Source: an uncultured Elusimicrobia bacterium (GTDB taxonomy: Bacteria; Elusimicrobiota; Elusimicrobia; 2-01-FULL-59-12). From it: a DNA stretch of 64,000 nucleotides. The stretch is from positions 1-64,000 of the forward strand of contig OY969767.1 of NCBI GenBank assembly GCA_963702895.1, in the 5' to 3' direction. This document shows positions 9,234 through 18,589 of the stretch, piece after piece; positions within the stretch are counted from its first letter, which is position 1, and each line of letters starts with the position of its first letter. The position numbers and the translations under genes are program-made. The notes under the pieces were generated by a model. It was not told the origin of the DNA. It searched no databases and worked only from the letters and a program-made list of their open reading frames with translations.

Positions 9234-10082
9234 TTAACGTGGAGCGTAAGGATTTTGAAGCTCCACGTCCAATGTATAGACGTCCGACGTCGTGATCCCC
9301 ACTTCGTTTTCAGCTGTCACCGTGACGCCGAAGCTGGCGACGCCCGAAGGGATCTCATCTTCCGGTCTCAGCGCGCTCACAAACGTGTCGAAGCGCCCCT
9401 GTTTGTCCAGCCTCAGCGGCCCATCATGAGCAATGCCGCGCCCCGTATCGAGGTGGTAGCGGACCTTGCCCAAGGTGCACGAACTCTCTGTTGTGACCTT
9501 GCCTTGCAGCCGGAAACGGAGCGATGGGATAGAAGAATAAGTCTTTTGGGTGGGGATCACCTCGAGCGTAACGGCGGGCGGACGGGGGCAGACGGCGACG
9601 ATCGTACCGGAAACACGCTCGGACCAGTCGCTGACATAAAGCACAGGTTTCCGCTTTTCCTTGGCCTGCCCGCGCGCCCGAATGCGATAGGCATAGGTCC
9701 CCGGCGCGAGGTCCAGGTCCTGATAGATCAGGCTTTTGGAGAAAAACATTTTGCCATCCGAGCGCTGCACCTCAAAGCCAAAGTCCTTGAAAAAGGGAAG
9801 TGCGTCCGGCTTGGGCCATTGCCAGGAAAGCGCGATCGCCGATTTCAAGGTGACGGCCTGCACGTTCAAGGGAGCCGGCAACTCGTTTTTAATCTCCGGA
9901 GGACGCTTCGCAGAGATGGCGGACGGCGAAAATAGAAAATAGACAATTGAAATTGAAAAGAATAACCACTGTCCCTTGATGTCATCCCGGCGAAAGCCGG
10001 GATCCATCATGTCTTTTACGTCAATGATAGACCCCGGCGTTCGCCGGGGTGACGACCAGGAGCCTAGGTTTTTATTATCCAT
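9234..10082 (-). CDS. Exported FN3-domain protein; start uncertain (10082 or 10010), N-terminus overlaps a REP pair
   Basis: Hydrophobic signal-like segment, then FN3-type PAPLNVQA..IALSWQW..FEVQRS..YQDLDLAPGTYAYRIRA. Confidence 0.7.
   Translation of the reverse strand: MDNKNLGSWSSPRRTPGSIIDVKDMMDPGFRRDDIKGQWLFFSISIVYFLFSPSAISAKRPPEIKNELPAPLNVQAVTLKSAIALSWQWPKPDALPFFKDFGFEVQRSDGKMFFSKSLIYQDLDLAPGTYAYRIRARGQAKEKRKPVLYVSDWSERVSGTIVAVCPRPPAVTLEVIPTQKTYSSIPSLRFRLQGKVTTESSCTLGKVRYHLDTGRGIAHDGPLRLDKQGRFDTFVSALRPEDEIPSGVASFGVTVTAENEVGITTSDVYTLDVELQNPYAPR
9981..10053. repeat. Inverted REP pair (BIME-like)
   Basis: gtcatcccggcgaaagccgggatccatca ... tgatagaccccggcgttcgccggggtgac, flanked by an outer inverted repeat at 9923-9947 and 10081-10098. 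Confidence 0.85.
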
Positions 10083-10104
10083 TGTCTATTTTCGCCGTAT
10101 GCCG

Positions 10105-13100
10105 CTAAGGAGCAAGGCTTGAGACATCAGGATATTGGTCTCGCAGGGATTTGTCGAGCGTTGTGGCCTTCTGGTAGGCCGCATCCGCTTTTTCGGTTTT
10201 CCCCTCTTTGAGATAAAGCCGGGCCAGGTTCAGATGCACCTGGGCGTCGGAGGGGTCTTTCTCGAGGGCTTGCGCGTAATTGGAACGAGCGGAGACAAAA
10301 TCGCCACGGAGATACGCGAGATTGCCCAGATTGTTGTAGGCCGCGCTGGCGGTCTTGGGGTCGCTTCGTGCCTTGATGAAATACTCTTTGGCTTCTTCAT
10401 AATGTTTGAAATCCACCGCGACGAGTCCGAGCCTTAACCAGGGAGCGCCGCTCGAGGGGTCTTGCGCGGCGGCCGCTTTGGCTCTGGAGAGGCTTGTTTG
10501 CCACTTCAAATCCACAAGGGCTTTCCAGTCCGTCAGGAATTTCTCTTCAATGGCTTCTTTGGGAGGGGCTTTGGCCCCGGAGGCGATCTCCGGCAGCGTC
10601 GCGGGCTCATAAGTCTTCCAGGCCGAGTGAATATCGATCACGCGCAGTTCCCCTCGCGCAGACCATTTCTGGTACTGCGCCGCTCCCTGTTTCCAGGCCT
10701 CGAGGAACGGCGAACCCAGCATCGTGGCTTCCAAGGGGATCCAGTAAGTTCCCGCGTAGGAGACAAGCATCGCCTCCGGCAGCCCCAGGGCTTCCTTTTG
10801 GGCCTCTCCCGTATCCAACATGATGAAAAGATGACCCGGCACGTCCACAGCGCAGGCGGCGACGGTGAGGCTTTCCAGCATTGAAGCGACGAGCGCCACG
10901 ACGTCTGCGCAATCACCGCTCTTGCGGGAAAGGGTCTCCCGCGCGAACTGAAGACTGTCCACGGTGCTCGAGTCGAGCGACACGCGGTCATAGGGATTAT
11001 GGGGCCTCGGCACGTAAGTGATGCCGTAGGTCCCCAGGGCGCTAAAAACCGCCCAGGCCGAGGCGATCGAGCTTGGGATAGGCGCCCCTTTGTGCGCTTC
11101 CACAAAGGGGACAGCCCCGTGCCTGGCGAAATCGATGACCGGAGGATCGTTGGGAGTCACAAAAGAAGCAAACGGTTCCTTCTGTTCCCAGCGGATGCTG
11201 TTTCGTGAATAAAGTTGAAACGGAAGGTTTTTCTCGAAGAAGACCGCTTGTTCCCCGGCAAAATAGACCAATTTCACCTGGGCCTGGATGGGGGTCGTTT
11301 CGCTCACCTCCAGGATTCGGTTGTTGAACGTGGCCGTGAAAGCGACCTCCTTTTCTTCCTTGGCCCGCAATTCCGGGATCACGGTCTCGGAAGGATAATC
11401 CATATACCCCTGAATCTGGAAGAGCACCTTGAGATTTTTAATCGGCACATTGCCTTGGTTGCGTACCGTGACGCGCCCAGCCGGGACGCGGCTATAGTAC
11501 TTGTAGTGAGCCGAAAAGATGTCCTCGATGTGTGTGGCCGTGATGTCCACGCGCGGGCCGCTTGTGATGGGCTTGGCCATGGCTTGCACACTCGCGGAAG
11601 GGACGCTCTGCGCCCCTTGCACCGATTGCGCGGCCACGGTGTACGAATAGGTGGTCTCGGGCGTCAGGGTGTCATCCACGAGGCTCGTTTCAACGGTTTC
11701 CTTGAGCTGCACGGACTCTCCCTGGGGACCAGCGCGTGTGACGACATAACGGCCGGGAATGCGCGTCTTGACCGGGTTCCACTTTAAGAGGACATGGCCT
11801 TCACCGCTTTCCACGACGAGGTTCGAGGGCGCAGGAGGCAGGAGCGCCACATGAAAAATCTGAACACGCCCTTCTTCCGCGATGGCCAGATCACCGTTTT
11901 CATTGAGCGTCGCGTCACGCGGCTTGTTCAGGAAGCCCGGCGCTTTTCCAGGCGCTCCAAAACCTCCAAGGTAAAACCCTTGTGGATCATAGGCGACGAC
12001 TCTGGATTTGGCGATGTCGAGCACATAGAGATTGCCTTCGCGGTCCACGACGACTTGCCGAGGCTCTTCGAGGGTTTCCGGACCCACCTTCCCCATTTCG
12101 CGTAAGAAAAGTCCGGAGGTATTGAAGGTCACAACTTTTTGGTTGCCGGGGTCCGCCACATGAACCTGCTCTTTGTCCCAGGCGAGCGCCCAAGGGTTTT
12201 TCAGTTGCCCGGGCCCGGTGCCCTTCTCTCCGCCTTTGTACTGAAAGAGGCCCTGGTGATTAAACGCCTGGAAAGCGCCCTGACCGGCATTGGCGACAAA
12301 GAGAAGCCCTTGCGGAGAGCAAGCCAAACCCTGCGGTTTAGAGAGGTTCTTAAATTCAAGCAGCAACTCTCCTTGTTTATTGAGTTTGACCACGCGGTTG
12401 TTGCCGGCATCGCTGATGAAAAGACTCCCCGAAGAAGGGGCCGTGGCAAGACCGGTTGGCGAACGAATCAGCAGCGACTTCTTCAAGTCCATTTGGGTCG
12501 TGCTCTTGGAGAGCAAATCATAAGTGACGAGTTCGCTCTTGGAGGTGGAAAGGGCATGCAACGTACCATCGGGGTTCCAGGCGAGAAGGTCCGCATCAGG
12601 AATAGCAAGTTCGAGGGACCGATGGACCTGCAAGCGCGCCACCGGGACTGGCGAAAGGGCCAGAACGGGTTTTTGTCGGGTGAGCGAAAGCGCTGTCACG
12701 CGCTTATTTTTGGAGTCACAAACATAAACGGCGTCCTCGAGCACCGCCAAGCCCTCGATCGCGCGGAACTGTCCCTCGCCCTGTCCCTTACGGCCAAAGA
12801 TGCCAAGGGTCTGGCCGTACATATCCAGCTCCCGGAAATGGTCATAGTCCGAGTCCGCGACGTAGAGCAGGCCCGAGCTCGACATCGCGAGCGCGTTCGG
12901 ACGAGCCAGTCCTTTCATTCCCGGTTCGATGCCCGACCAGGTCCTCAGTCGTTGCCCCGCGGCGGAGCGGACTTCGATCAGCTTGAGTTTCGGGTTCGAG
13001 GTATAAATCCTTCCAGCGGCGTCGACGGCCAAGCCAGCGACCGGAAAAGCTGTATCGATCACCTGGAGAAACACCCCGTCTTTCGAAAACAACTGGATCC

Positions 13101-13554
13101 GCGAGGATTCCTTGTCCACCACGAGCACCACCCCGTCACGGCTGATGGCGATGAGCCAGGGAGAAGAAAACTGACCCGCACTGGAGCCTCGCTGACCAAA
13201 GGCATTCACATACTGGCCCTCAGCGGAAAAAATCTGGACGCGCGCGTTGCCGCTGTCGGCGACATAAAGGCGGCCTTCTGGAGAGATCGCCACACCGCGA
13301 GGGGACGAGAATTCACCCGTGCCGACGCCGTGGCGGCCGAGGCTTTGGCTGTACTCGAGGTTGGAGGTGAAGAAGTGGATCTGGTGATTGGCGCTGTCCG
13401 CGACCCACAGGCGCCCCTGAGAGTCGACCGCGATGCTGGTGAGGGAGGGCGACTTGATGGTTTCAGGCAGCGAAAGAACTTTTTTGAGCTGGACGCTCTC
13501 AAACGCCTGCACTTGTGTGGCGAGAACAACAGCCCAAAGCCAACGGTAGCGCAT
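10105..13554 (-). CDS. Secreted NHL-repeat beta-propeller / FN3 / transglutaminase-like / TPR protein
   Basis: Signal peptide, many NHL repeats (FSSPRGVAI..LYVADSGNARVQIF), an FN3 domain, SGDCAD...PGHLFIMLD core, C-terminal TPRs (AAYNNLGNLAY). Confidence 0.85.
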   Translation of the reverse strand: MRYRWLWAVVLATQVQAFESVQLKKVLSLPETIKSPSLTSIAVDSQGRLWVADSANHQIHFFTSNLEYSQSLGRHGVGTGEFSSPRGVAISPEGRLYVADSGNARVQIFSAEGQYVNAFGQRGSSAGQFSSPWLIAISRDGVVLVVDKESSRIQLFSKDGVFLQVIDTAFPVAGLAVDAAGRIYTSNPKLKLIEVRSAAGQRLRTWSGIEPGMKGLARPNALAMSSSGLLYVADSDYDHFRELDMYGQTLGIFGRKGQGEGQFRAIEGLAVLEDAVYVCDSKNKRVTALSLTRQKPVLALSPVPVARLQVHRSLELAIPDADLLAWNPDGTLHALSTSKSELVTYDLLSKSTTQMDLKKSLLIRSPTGLATAPSSGSLFISDAGNNRVVKLNKQGELLLEFKNLSKPQGLACSPQGLLFVANAGQGAFQAFNHQGLFQYKGGEKGTGPGQLKNPWALAWDKEQVHVADPGNQKVVTFNTSGLFLREMGKVGPETLEEPRQVVVDREGNLYVLDIAKSRVVAYDPQGFYLGGFGAPGKAPGFLNKPRDATLNENGDLAIAEEGRVQIFHVALLPPAPSNLVVESGEGHVLLKWNPVKTRIPGRYVVTRAGPQGESVQLKETVETSLVDDTLTPETTYSYTVAAQSVQGAQSVPSASVQAMAKPITSGPRVDITATHIEDIFSAHYKYYSRVPAGRVTVRNQGNVPIKNLKVLFQIQGYMDYPSETVIPELRAKEEKEVAFTATFNNRILEVSETTPIQAQVKLVYFAGEQAVFFEKNLPFQLYSRNSIRWEQKEPFASFVTPNDPPVIDFARHGAVPFVEAHKGAPIPSSIASAWAVFSALGTYGITYVPRPHNPYDRVSLDSSTVDSLQFARETLSRKSGDCADVVALVASMLESLTVAACAVDVPGHLFIMLDTGEAQKEALGLPEAMLVSYAGTYWIPLEATMLGSPFLEAWKQGAAQYQKWSARGELRVIDIHSAWKTYEPATLPEIASGAKAPPKEAIEEKFLTDWKALVDLKWQTSLSRAKAAAAQDPSSGAPWLRLGLVAVDFKHYEEAKEYFIKARSDPKTASAAYNNLGNLAYLRGDFVSARSNYAQALEKDPSDAQVHLNLARLYLKEGKTEKADAAYQKATTLDKSLRDQYPDVSSLAP

Positions 13555-13560
13555 AAGGTC

Positions 13561-14439
13561 CTATCTCGCGTGCTTCTTCGCGAGCTGCAAGGTGTTGTGC
13601 AACAGCATCGCGATGGTCATGGGGCCGACACCGCCGGGGACCGGCGTGATCGCAGAAGCCCGGTCCTTCACGGCATCAAAGTCGACGTCGCCACAGAGCT
13701 TGCCCTGCGTGTCCCGATTGATGCCGACATCGATGACAACAGCGCCTTCTTTCACCATCGAAGCTTTGACGAAACGGGGTTGGCCCATGGCGGCCACCAG
13801 AATCTCGGCCTGCCGGCAGAGGGCCTCGAGGTTTTGGGTCCTCGAGTGACACATGGTCACCGTCGCGTCCAAAGCCTGAAGCATCATGGCGACCGGTTTG
13901 CCCACGAGCTTCGAGCGGCCCAGCACGACGGCGTGACGGCCAGACAACGAGATGCTCGAACGTTGGAGGATTTGGATCACCCCGTGGGGTGTACAGGAGA
14001 GCGGCGATTGGCCCGAGGCCATCTCCGCCCAGTTCTTGTACTCGAAAAGCTGGCCCAGGTTAAAGGGATGGAGCCCGTCGGCGTCCTTGCCGGGATCGAT
14101 GGCTTCCAGAGCCGGTGTGGAATCGGCGTTGCCTGGCAAGGGAAGCTGCAGGAGGATTCCGTCCACTTTGGGGTCGGTGTTGAGCTTCTTGATGAGCGTG
14201 AGAATCTCCGGCATGGAGGTGTTCGGAGCCAAGGGATGATGGAAGGACTCCAGACCCACTTCGGCACATGCCTTGATCTTGTTGGCAACGTAGGTGTGCG
14301 AGGCAGGGTTCTCTCCCACCAGGATCGTTGCCAGGCCTGGCTTGCGCCCGGACATTTTCATAAAGGCGGCAGATGCCTCTTTGAGCTCGAGTCGAATCTG
14401 AGCGGAGATCGCTTTGCCATCCAGGATGTGAGCACTCAT
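13561..14439 (-). CDS. folD: Methylenetetrahydrofolate dehydrogenase/cyclohydrolase
   Basis: GILLQLPLP, KDADGLHP, CTPHG, GRSKLVGKP, ITPVPGGVGPMTIAML. Confidence 0.97.
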   Translation of the reverse strand: MSAHILDGKAISAQIRLELKEASAAFMKMSGRKPGLATILVGENPASHTYVANKIKACAEVGLESFHHPLAPNTSMPEILTLIKKLNTDPKVDGILLQLPLPGNADSTPALEAIDPGKDADGLHPFNLGQLFEYKNWAEMASGQSPLSCTPHGVIQILQRSSISLSGRHAVVLGRSKLVGKPVAMMLQALDATVTMCHSRTQNLEALCRQAEILVAAMGQPRFVKASMVKEGAVVIDVGINRDTQGKLCGDVDFDAVKDRASAITPVPGGVGPMTIAMLLHNTLQLAKKHAR

Positions 14440-14457
14440 AAGGGATCCTTAATTCAT

Positions 14458-15357
14458 CTAAACATCACGCAGCAGGCCGGGTGAAGATGGCTCCCGAAGT
14501 TTGCGCAAGTGTTCCAGAACTTCACGGGTCGCGTGCGACTTGTTCAGTGTATAAAAGTGGATGCCCGGCGCGCCTTGATGCAGCAACTCTTCGCATTGCC
14601 TCGCCGCATGCGCGATGCCCAGGCGCGTCACCGCGGCGAGGTCACCCTGCACGGCTTCGAGCTTCGCTTTAAAATCTCCGGGCAAAGAGGCCCCGCAGAG
14701 CGTCGTGAAGCGCTGAATCTGGGAATAATTCGTGACCGGCATAATGCCCGGGATGATCGGCACGCGGATGCCGGCTGCGCGCGCCCGGGCCGCAAAGTCA
14801 AAATAATGGCCGTTGTGAAAGAACAGCTGGGTGATAATGAAGGAAGCGCCCACCTCCACCTTACGCTTCAGGTTCACCAGATCCGCTTCGAGGCTCGGCG
14901 CCTCGGGGTGCTTCTCCGGATAACCCGCGACCCCAAAGCAGAAGCCTTTGCGCCGGACTTCCGCCGCGAGTTCGTTGGCGTAGCGGTATCCTTGCGGATG
15001 AGGCTGAAAGGCTTTCTGGTCCTGCGGCGGATCTCCCCGGAGCGCCAGAACGTTTTCAATGCCCTTGCCCGCAAGATCTTCCAAGATGGACCGGATTTCT
15101 TCCTTGGAATGTCCCACACAGGTGAGGTGGGCCATGGTTTCAATGGTGATGTCTCTCTTGATGCGGGAGACGAGCTCGAGCGTCTTCGCGCGCGTGCTGC
15201 CCCCCGCACCGTAAGTCACGGAGATAAAATCGGGTCGCAAGTGCTGAAGATCTTCCAGCGTGCGCACGAGCCGTGCGGCAGCCTCGTCATCTTTGGGCGG
15301 GAAGAATTCAAACGAAAAGAGAGGTTTTCCAGTGTTGAGGAGCTTAGAGATCTTCAT
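14458..15357 (-). CDS. metF: 5,10-methylenetetrahydrofolate reductase
   Basis: FSFEFFPPK, SVTYGAGG, AHLTC, LALRGDPP, AGYPEKHP, ITQLFF, HFYTLN. Start placed at MKISKLL (15357). Confidence 0.96.
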   Translation of the reverse strand: MKISKLLNTGKPLFSFEFFPPKDDEAAARLVRTLEDLQHLRPDFISVTYGAGGSTRAKTLELVSRIKRDITIETMAHLTCVGHSKEEIRSILEDLAGKGIENVLALRGDPPQDQKAFQPHPQGYRYANELAAEVRRKGFCFGVAGYPEKHPEAPSLEADLVNLKRKVEVGASFIITQLFFHNGHYFDFAARARAAGIRVPIIPGIMPVTNYSQIQRFTTLCGASLPGDFKAKLEAVQGDLAAVTRLGIAHAARQCEELLHQGAPGIHFYTLNKSHATREVLEHLRKLREPSSPGLLRDV

Positions 15358-15358
15358 T

Positions 15359-16015
15359 TTAGTTGTCACCCCGGCATGCCCTAAGCCGGGGTCTATCAAA
15401 TTCAGATCGGAATGATGGATCCCGGGTCTCCAAGCACCCGGCGACCCTCCGCCACACGACAGGCGGAGAGCGCCGGGTGTGTGGCGCTCGGCCCGCCGGA
15501 TGTCTGGAGGGCCGGCTTACGTCGCGCCGGGATGACGGCATTATGGTCTCTCCTGCAAGAATTCCCAGCTTCCGGGCCAGGATTTCCAGATTTTCGCAGT
15601 CCTCCCGATTATAACGGAGCAAGAGCTCCAGGGCCTCTTGGTCGCCGCGCTCATAGGCCGCCCAGAGTTTCATCGCCTGAAGGCCATCGACACCTTCGGT
15701 GTCCCGGTGGATCCCAAGCGTTCTTTCCACCCCTTTGAGGCCGCCTTTGAGTTTGCGCTTCCAGCAGTCATACATGAGATCGCGGTGTGGAATGGTCCGG
15801 GCGAGCGCCACCCCCACCCACTTTTCGATGACCGGAAGGTCAAAACCAGTCCCGTTGTAGGTAAAGAGGCGTTCCACTCCCTCCAGGGCTTCCATCAGGG
15901 ATTTCCGATCAATCTTGGGGGCGATGAGCTGGAGGGTGGACTCGCCGCTCTTGTAGATGCCGATGACGGTGATGGTCCGTTCCCAGGACGTCTCGATGTC
16001 AAGGTAAGCAAACAC
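15359..16015 (-). CDS. RNase H-like (YprB/RNase_H_2, DEDD) exonuclease-domain protein with a repeat-derived C-terminal tail
   Basis: YLDIET, TYNGTGFDLP, HRDLM, GGLKGVER.LGI, LLRYNRED. The last ~60 codons run through the REP element. Confidence 0.8.
   Translation of the reverse strand: MFAYLDIETSWERTITVIGIYKSGESTLQLIAPKIDRKSLMEALEGVERLFTYNGTGFDLPVIEKWVGVALARTIPHRDLMYDCWKRKLKGGLKGVERTLGIHRDTEGVDGLQAMKLWAAYERGDQEALELLLRYNREDCENLEILARKLGILAGETIMPSSRRDVSRPSRHPAGRAPHTRRSPPVVWRRVAGCLETRDPSFRSEFDRPRLRACRGDN
15365..15536. repeat. Inverted REP pair with a 90-bp mini-hairpin cassette (15426-15515) inside the right REP stem
   Basis: Removing 15426-15515 restores gatggatcccggc..gccgggatgac. The cassette is 86/90 identical to 17188-17277. 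Confidence 0.85.
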
Positions 16016-16222
16016 GGCGGAGTTACCAGACAGCGGGGCTGCCGGACGGCGGAGCTACCAGACGGCGGATCTGCCGGACGGCGGATCTGCATAGCGGTGG
16101 ATCCATCCAGCGTCGAATCTGCTCTACGGAGCATCCTCCGGATATTCGACCCGCCGTTAGGTTGCTCCGCCATATGGCTGATCCGCCGTATGGCTGATCC
16201 GCCGTATGGTTGATCTGCCGTA
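16014..16222. repeat. Large imperfect palindrome of 16-bp tandem units
   Basis: Left arm about 5-6 x cggcggatctgccgga-like units, right arm about 5 x ccgccgtatggctgat-like units in inverted orientation. Fills the intergenic space. Confidence 0.85.
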
Positions 16223-17077
16223 TCATGGTGCGACGATCATAGCTTTTTCGTCTGAGACGGCGAAACTGACGCGGCGCCTGGCCGAAGGAGGCGGCTCGCC
16301 GTCTGCCTGCGGCCAAAGGTCGGCATCGGCTTCGATGTCAAGGCGTGAGGTGTGAATCGTCAGAATTCGCTTCAGTTTCGCTGGGCGTCCCAGGCGCCCG
16401 AGAACGAGAATCGAAAGAAGCTGCCATTTTGGGATCACAGGTACGAGCGAGACATCCAGCAAACCGTCCTGGAGGCTCGCCTGCATTGAAAAACGCAGAC
16501 CCCCCGAGAAATACGGAGCGTTGCAGACAAGTCCCATATAAAAGGATCCTTCCACAGTTCCTTTGTCCCACGTCGCGCGTAAGACCAGAGGACGAAAAGC
16601 CTGGAGCGTTTGCAAAGGCTTTCGGCGCTGTCCGGGTGGGTCAGGAGGGCGGCCAAATCCGGCGTTATTCAGAAAGAGCTCCTGGTCCATCCTTCCAAGA
16701 TCGATCGGCTTGCTCTTGCCGGAGCAAGCCAGATGAAAAGCCTCATCGACGCCCTGGCGACGAAGCCCCAGAAAACGGGCGAAGTCGTTGCACGTTCCGG
16801 CAGGCACAACGGCGAGCTCGCACGAGGCAAGGCACTTTTTTTGAGAAAGGGCGTTGATCGCCCGGTGCAGCGACCCATCCCCCCCCACGACGACCACCCG
16901 GGAGCATCCTTCTTCGATCGCTTGATCGAGGAGGCGCTCACTCGAGGCGGGGAGCCGGCGCTCCACCTCGCCGAAGCGCGGCGTCCATCCCAATCGCTTC
17001 GCGTGCCTTGCGGCGACCTCGCGCCAGTCCCAGCGATTCTTGGCGTGTGCCGGATTTAAAAGAAAGAAGATTTTCAT
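16223..17077 (-). CDS. Diacylglycerol/lipid kinase family protein (YegS/DAGK-like)
   Basis: FLLNP, VVGGDGS, VPAGTCNDFA, IDLG, CNAPYFSGG, QADGE. Confidence 0.88.
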   Translation of the reverse strand: MKIFFLLNPAHAKNRWDWREVAARHAKRLGWTPRFGEVERRLPASSERLLDQAIEEGCSRVVVVGGDGSLHRAINALSQKKCLASCELAVVPAGTCNDFARFLGLRRQGVDEAFHLACSGKSKPIDLGRMDQELFLNNAGFGRPPDPPGQRRKPLQTLQAFRPLVLRATWDKGTVEGSFYMGLVCNAPYFSGGLRFSMQASLQDGLLDVSLVPVIPKWQLLSILVLGRLGRPAKLKRILTIHTSRLDIEADADLWPQADGEPPPSARRRVSFAVSDEKAMIVAP

Positions 17078-17123
17078 ATTACGGCCAGGGGACGCTCATT
17101 AGATCTCACGTACTCCCCCGGGT

Positions 17124-17293
17124 GTCATCCCCCCCGGTTGTAAGGGGGGGATCCATCAGGTCATGAGATCGACTTGATGGATCCCGGGTCTCCACACTCC
17201 CGGCGACCCTCCGCCACACGACAGGCGGAGAGCGCCGGGTGTGTGGCGCTCGGCCCGCCGGAAGTCTGGAGGGCCGGCTTTCGCCGGGATGAC
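17124..17293. repeat. Inverted REP pair with the second copy of the 90-bp mini-hairpin cassette (17188-17277)
   Basis: gtcatccccccc..gggggggatccatca ... tgatggatcccgg[cassette]ctttcgccgggatgac. Confidence 0.85.
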
Positions 17294-17329
17294 AGATGAT
17301 TGTTCGATTGCGAAGAATGTCCTCTCGAC

Positions 17330-18379
17330 TTATTGGACCCATATCGGATTGGAATAGATCCACGGCCGCCAGCGCCCGCTGACATATTGTTTGGCCTCGA
17401 TGCGGTAGACCCCCGGCAGATCGATGTCCCACTGCAGGACGGAGCGGCGGGCTTCTTCCTTGACGACGCGTCCATCACGGACCAGGCACACCTTCCCGGC
17501 GCTCGGGAGCCTGGCTTCGAGGATCGCTTGGCCACGTCTGGCGAACGTCCCGCCGGGGAGCGCTTGTTTCGAGTCGTCGTAAACTCTGAACAGAAAACCC
17601 GTCGGGTCCTTCCAATAATCGAGGGAGATATAGGACTGGCCCTCTTTAAGCGCCGCGAGGATCCGCTGCTCATCCAGCGCAGCCTCCTTCGTGAGAGGTT
17701 CCTCCAGAAGCACATGTGTCCGGATGGTCCGAAAGGCAAAGTCAAACGGGAAGACGACTTTCCGAAAGCCGAAGAATGAACGGCGATATGCGTGATTGTC
17801 GATTTCTCCGATGGCCACACAATGACCCTTCTGCGTGAGATCATCCCAGCGGGCCAAGGTCTTGGCGAGAGGCCCTCGTAGCGCGTGAGCGGGCCTGAAA
17901 CAAGCCAACCAAGAACTCCAAGGACTACCGAGCGATGCGTTCCAATCGCTCATCAAGTCCCAGACGGCCAGGCCTGCGTAGCCGCGTGCGTCCCAGGCGA
18001 TCCAAGGATAAGCCCGACTTCCAAAAAGCGGCGCTCCGGCATGATCGGGATGGCTGATAAAACCAAATCCCCCCTGGGCGTTCACCTCATCGATATAGTG
18101 CTGAGGTTTCGACTCTGTTTTCCATACGACGACAGGCTTCGAAATGCCTAACGCTAAGTAATGGTTGTAGCGCGGCGAAATCTCTTCTCCTACGATCAAG
18201 AGGACTTGCCGGCAATACCCGGCGGCCTGTTCGTGCCTGGCGTCCAGGCGAAAATGGTCGGCCAGGATGGCAAAGTGAAGGCCCGCCTTGGCGGCACGAT
18301 CCACGATTTCCGGGAGAGGGACCCGGGCATCGTAGGAATAGCTGGAGTGAAAATGGATGCTACCGGCGTAATCGTACAC
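17330..18379 (-). CDS. PHP-domain metallohydrolase (CehA/McbA-like)
   Basis: GSIHFHSSYSYD, LADH, GEEIS, HYL, ISHP, IDNH metal ligands and C-terminal WIYSNPIWV. Confidence 0.82.
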   Translation of the reverse strand: MYDYAGSIHFHSSYSYDARVPLPEIVDRAAKAGLHFAILADHFRLDARHEQAAGYCRQVLLIVGEEISPRYNHYLALGISKPVVVWKTESKPQHYIDEVNAQGGFGFISHPDHAGAPLFGSRAYPWIAWDARGYAGLAVWDLMSDWNASLGSPWSSWLACFRPAHALRGPLAKTLARWDDLTQKGHCVAIGEIDNHAYRRSFFGFRKVVFPFDFAFRTIRTHVLLEEPLTKEAALDEQRILAALKEGQSYISLDYWKDPTGFLFRVYDDSKQALPGGTFARRGQAILEARLPSAGKVCLVRDGRVVKEEARRSVLQWDIDLPGVYRIEAKQYVSGRWRPWIYSNPIWVQ

Positions 18380-18403
18380 GGTGATGAATAGTCAGAATTT
18401 GGC

Positions 18404-18589
18404 TTAAGCCTGAAAGATGTCTTTCGCGCCGAGGAGAGGATACATCAGCCATGCCTTCAGGCACAAGCGGAGACTTCGCGTGGGGGCATGCACTTCCCTG
18501 ACGGAAACGCGCCAGCCCGGCAGAGCGTAGGATTGCTCTTCTTTCAGGCGGGAAATTCTCGCTTCAAGCTGCTCTTGAGGGTTGCTCAT
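18404..18589 (-). CDS. Small hypothetical protein (61 aa)
   Basis: Co-directional, overlaps the upstream gene by 26 nt and fills the gap before the PHP gene. Confidence 0.45.
   Translation of the reverse strand: MSNPQEQLEARISRLKEEQSYALPGWRVSVREVHAPTRSLRLCLKAWLMYPLLGAKDIFQA

Noticed and set aside
12139..14484. 781-aa plus-strand ORF and many other long antisense ORFs
   Set aside because: They lie opposite well-supported genes and have no recognisable motifs; expected shadows in GC-rich coding DNA.
16014..16222. CRISPR array
   Set aside because: Units are adjacent and degenerate with no unique spacers, and no cas genes are present. The two-copy repeat at 4437-4543 is also too short to call.
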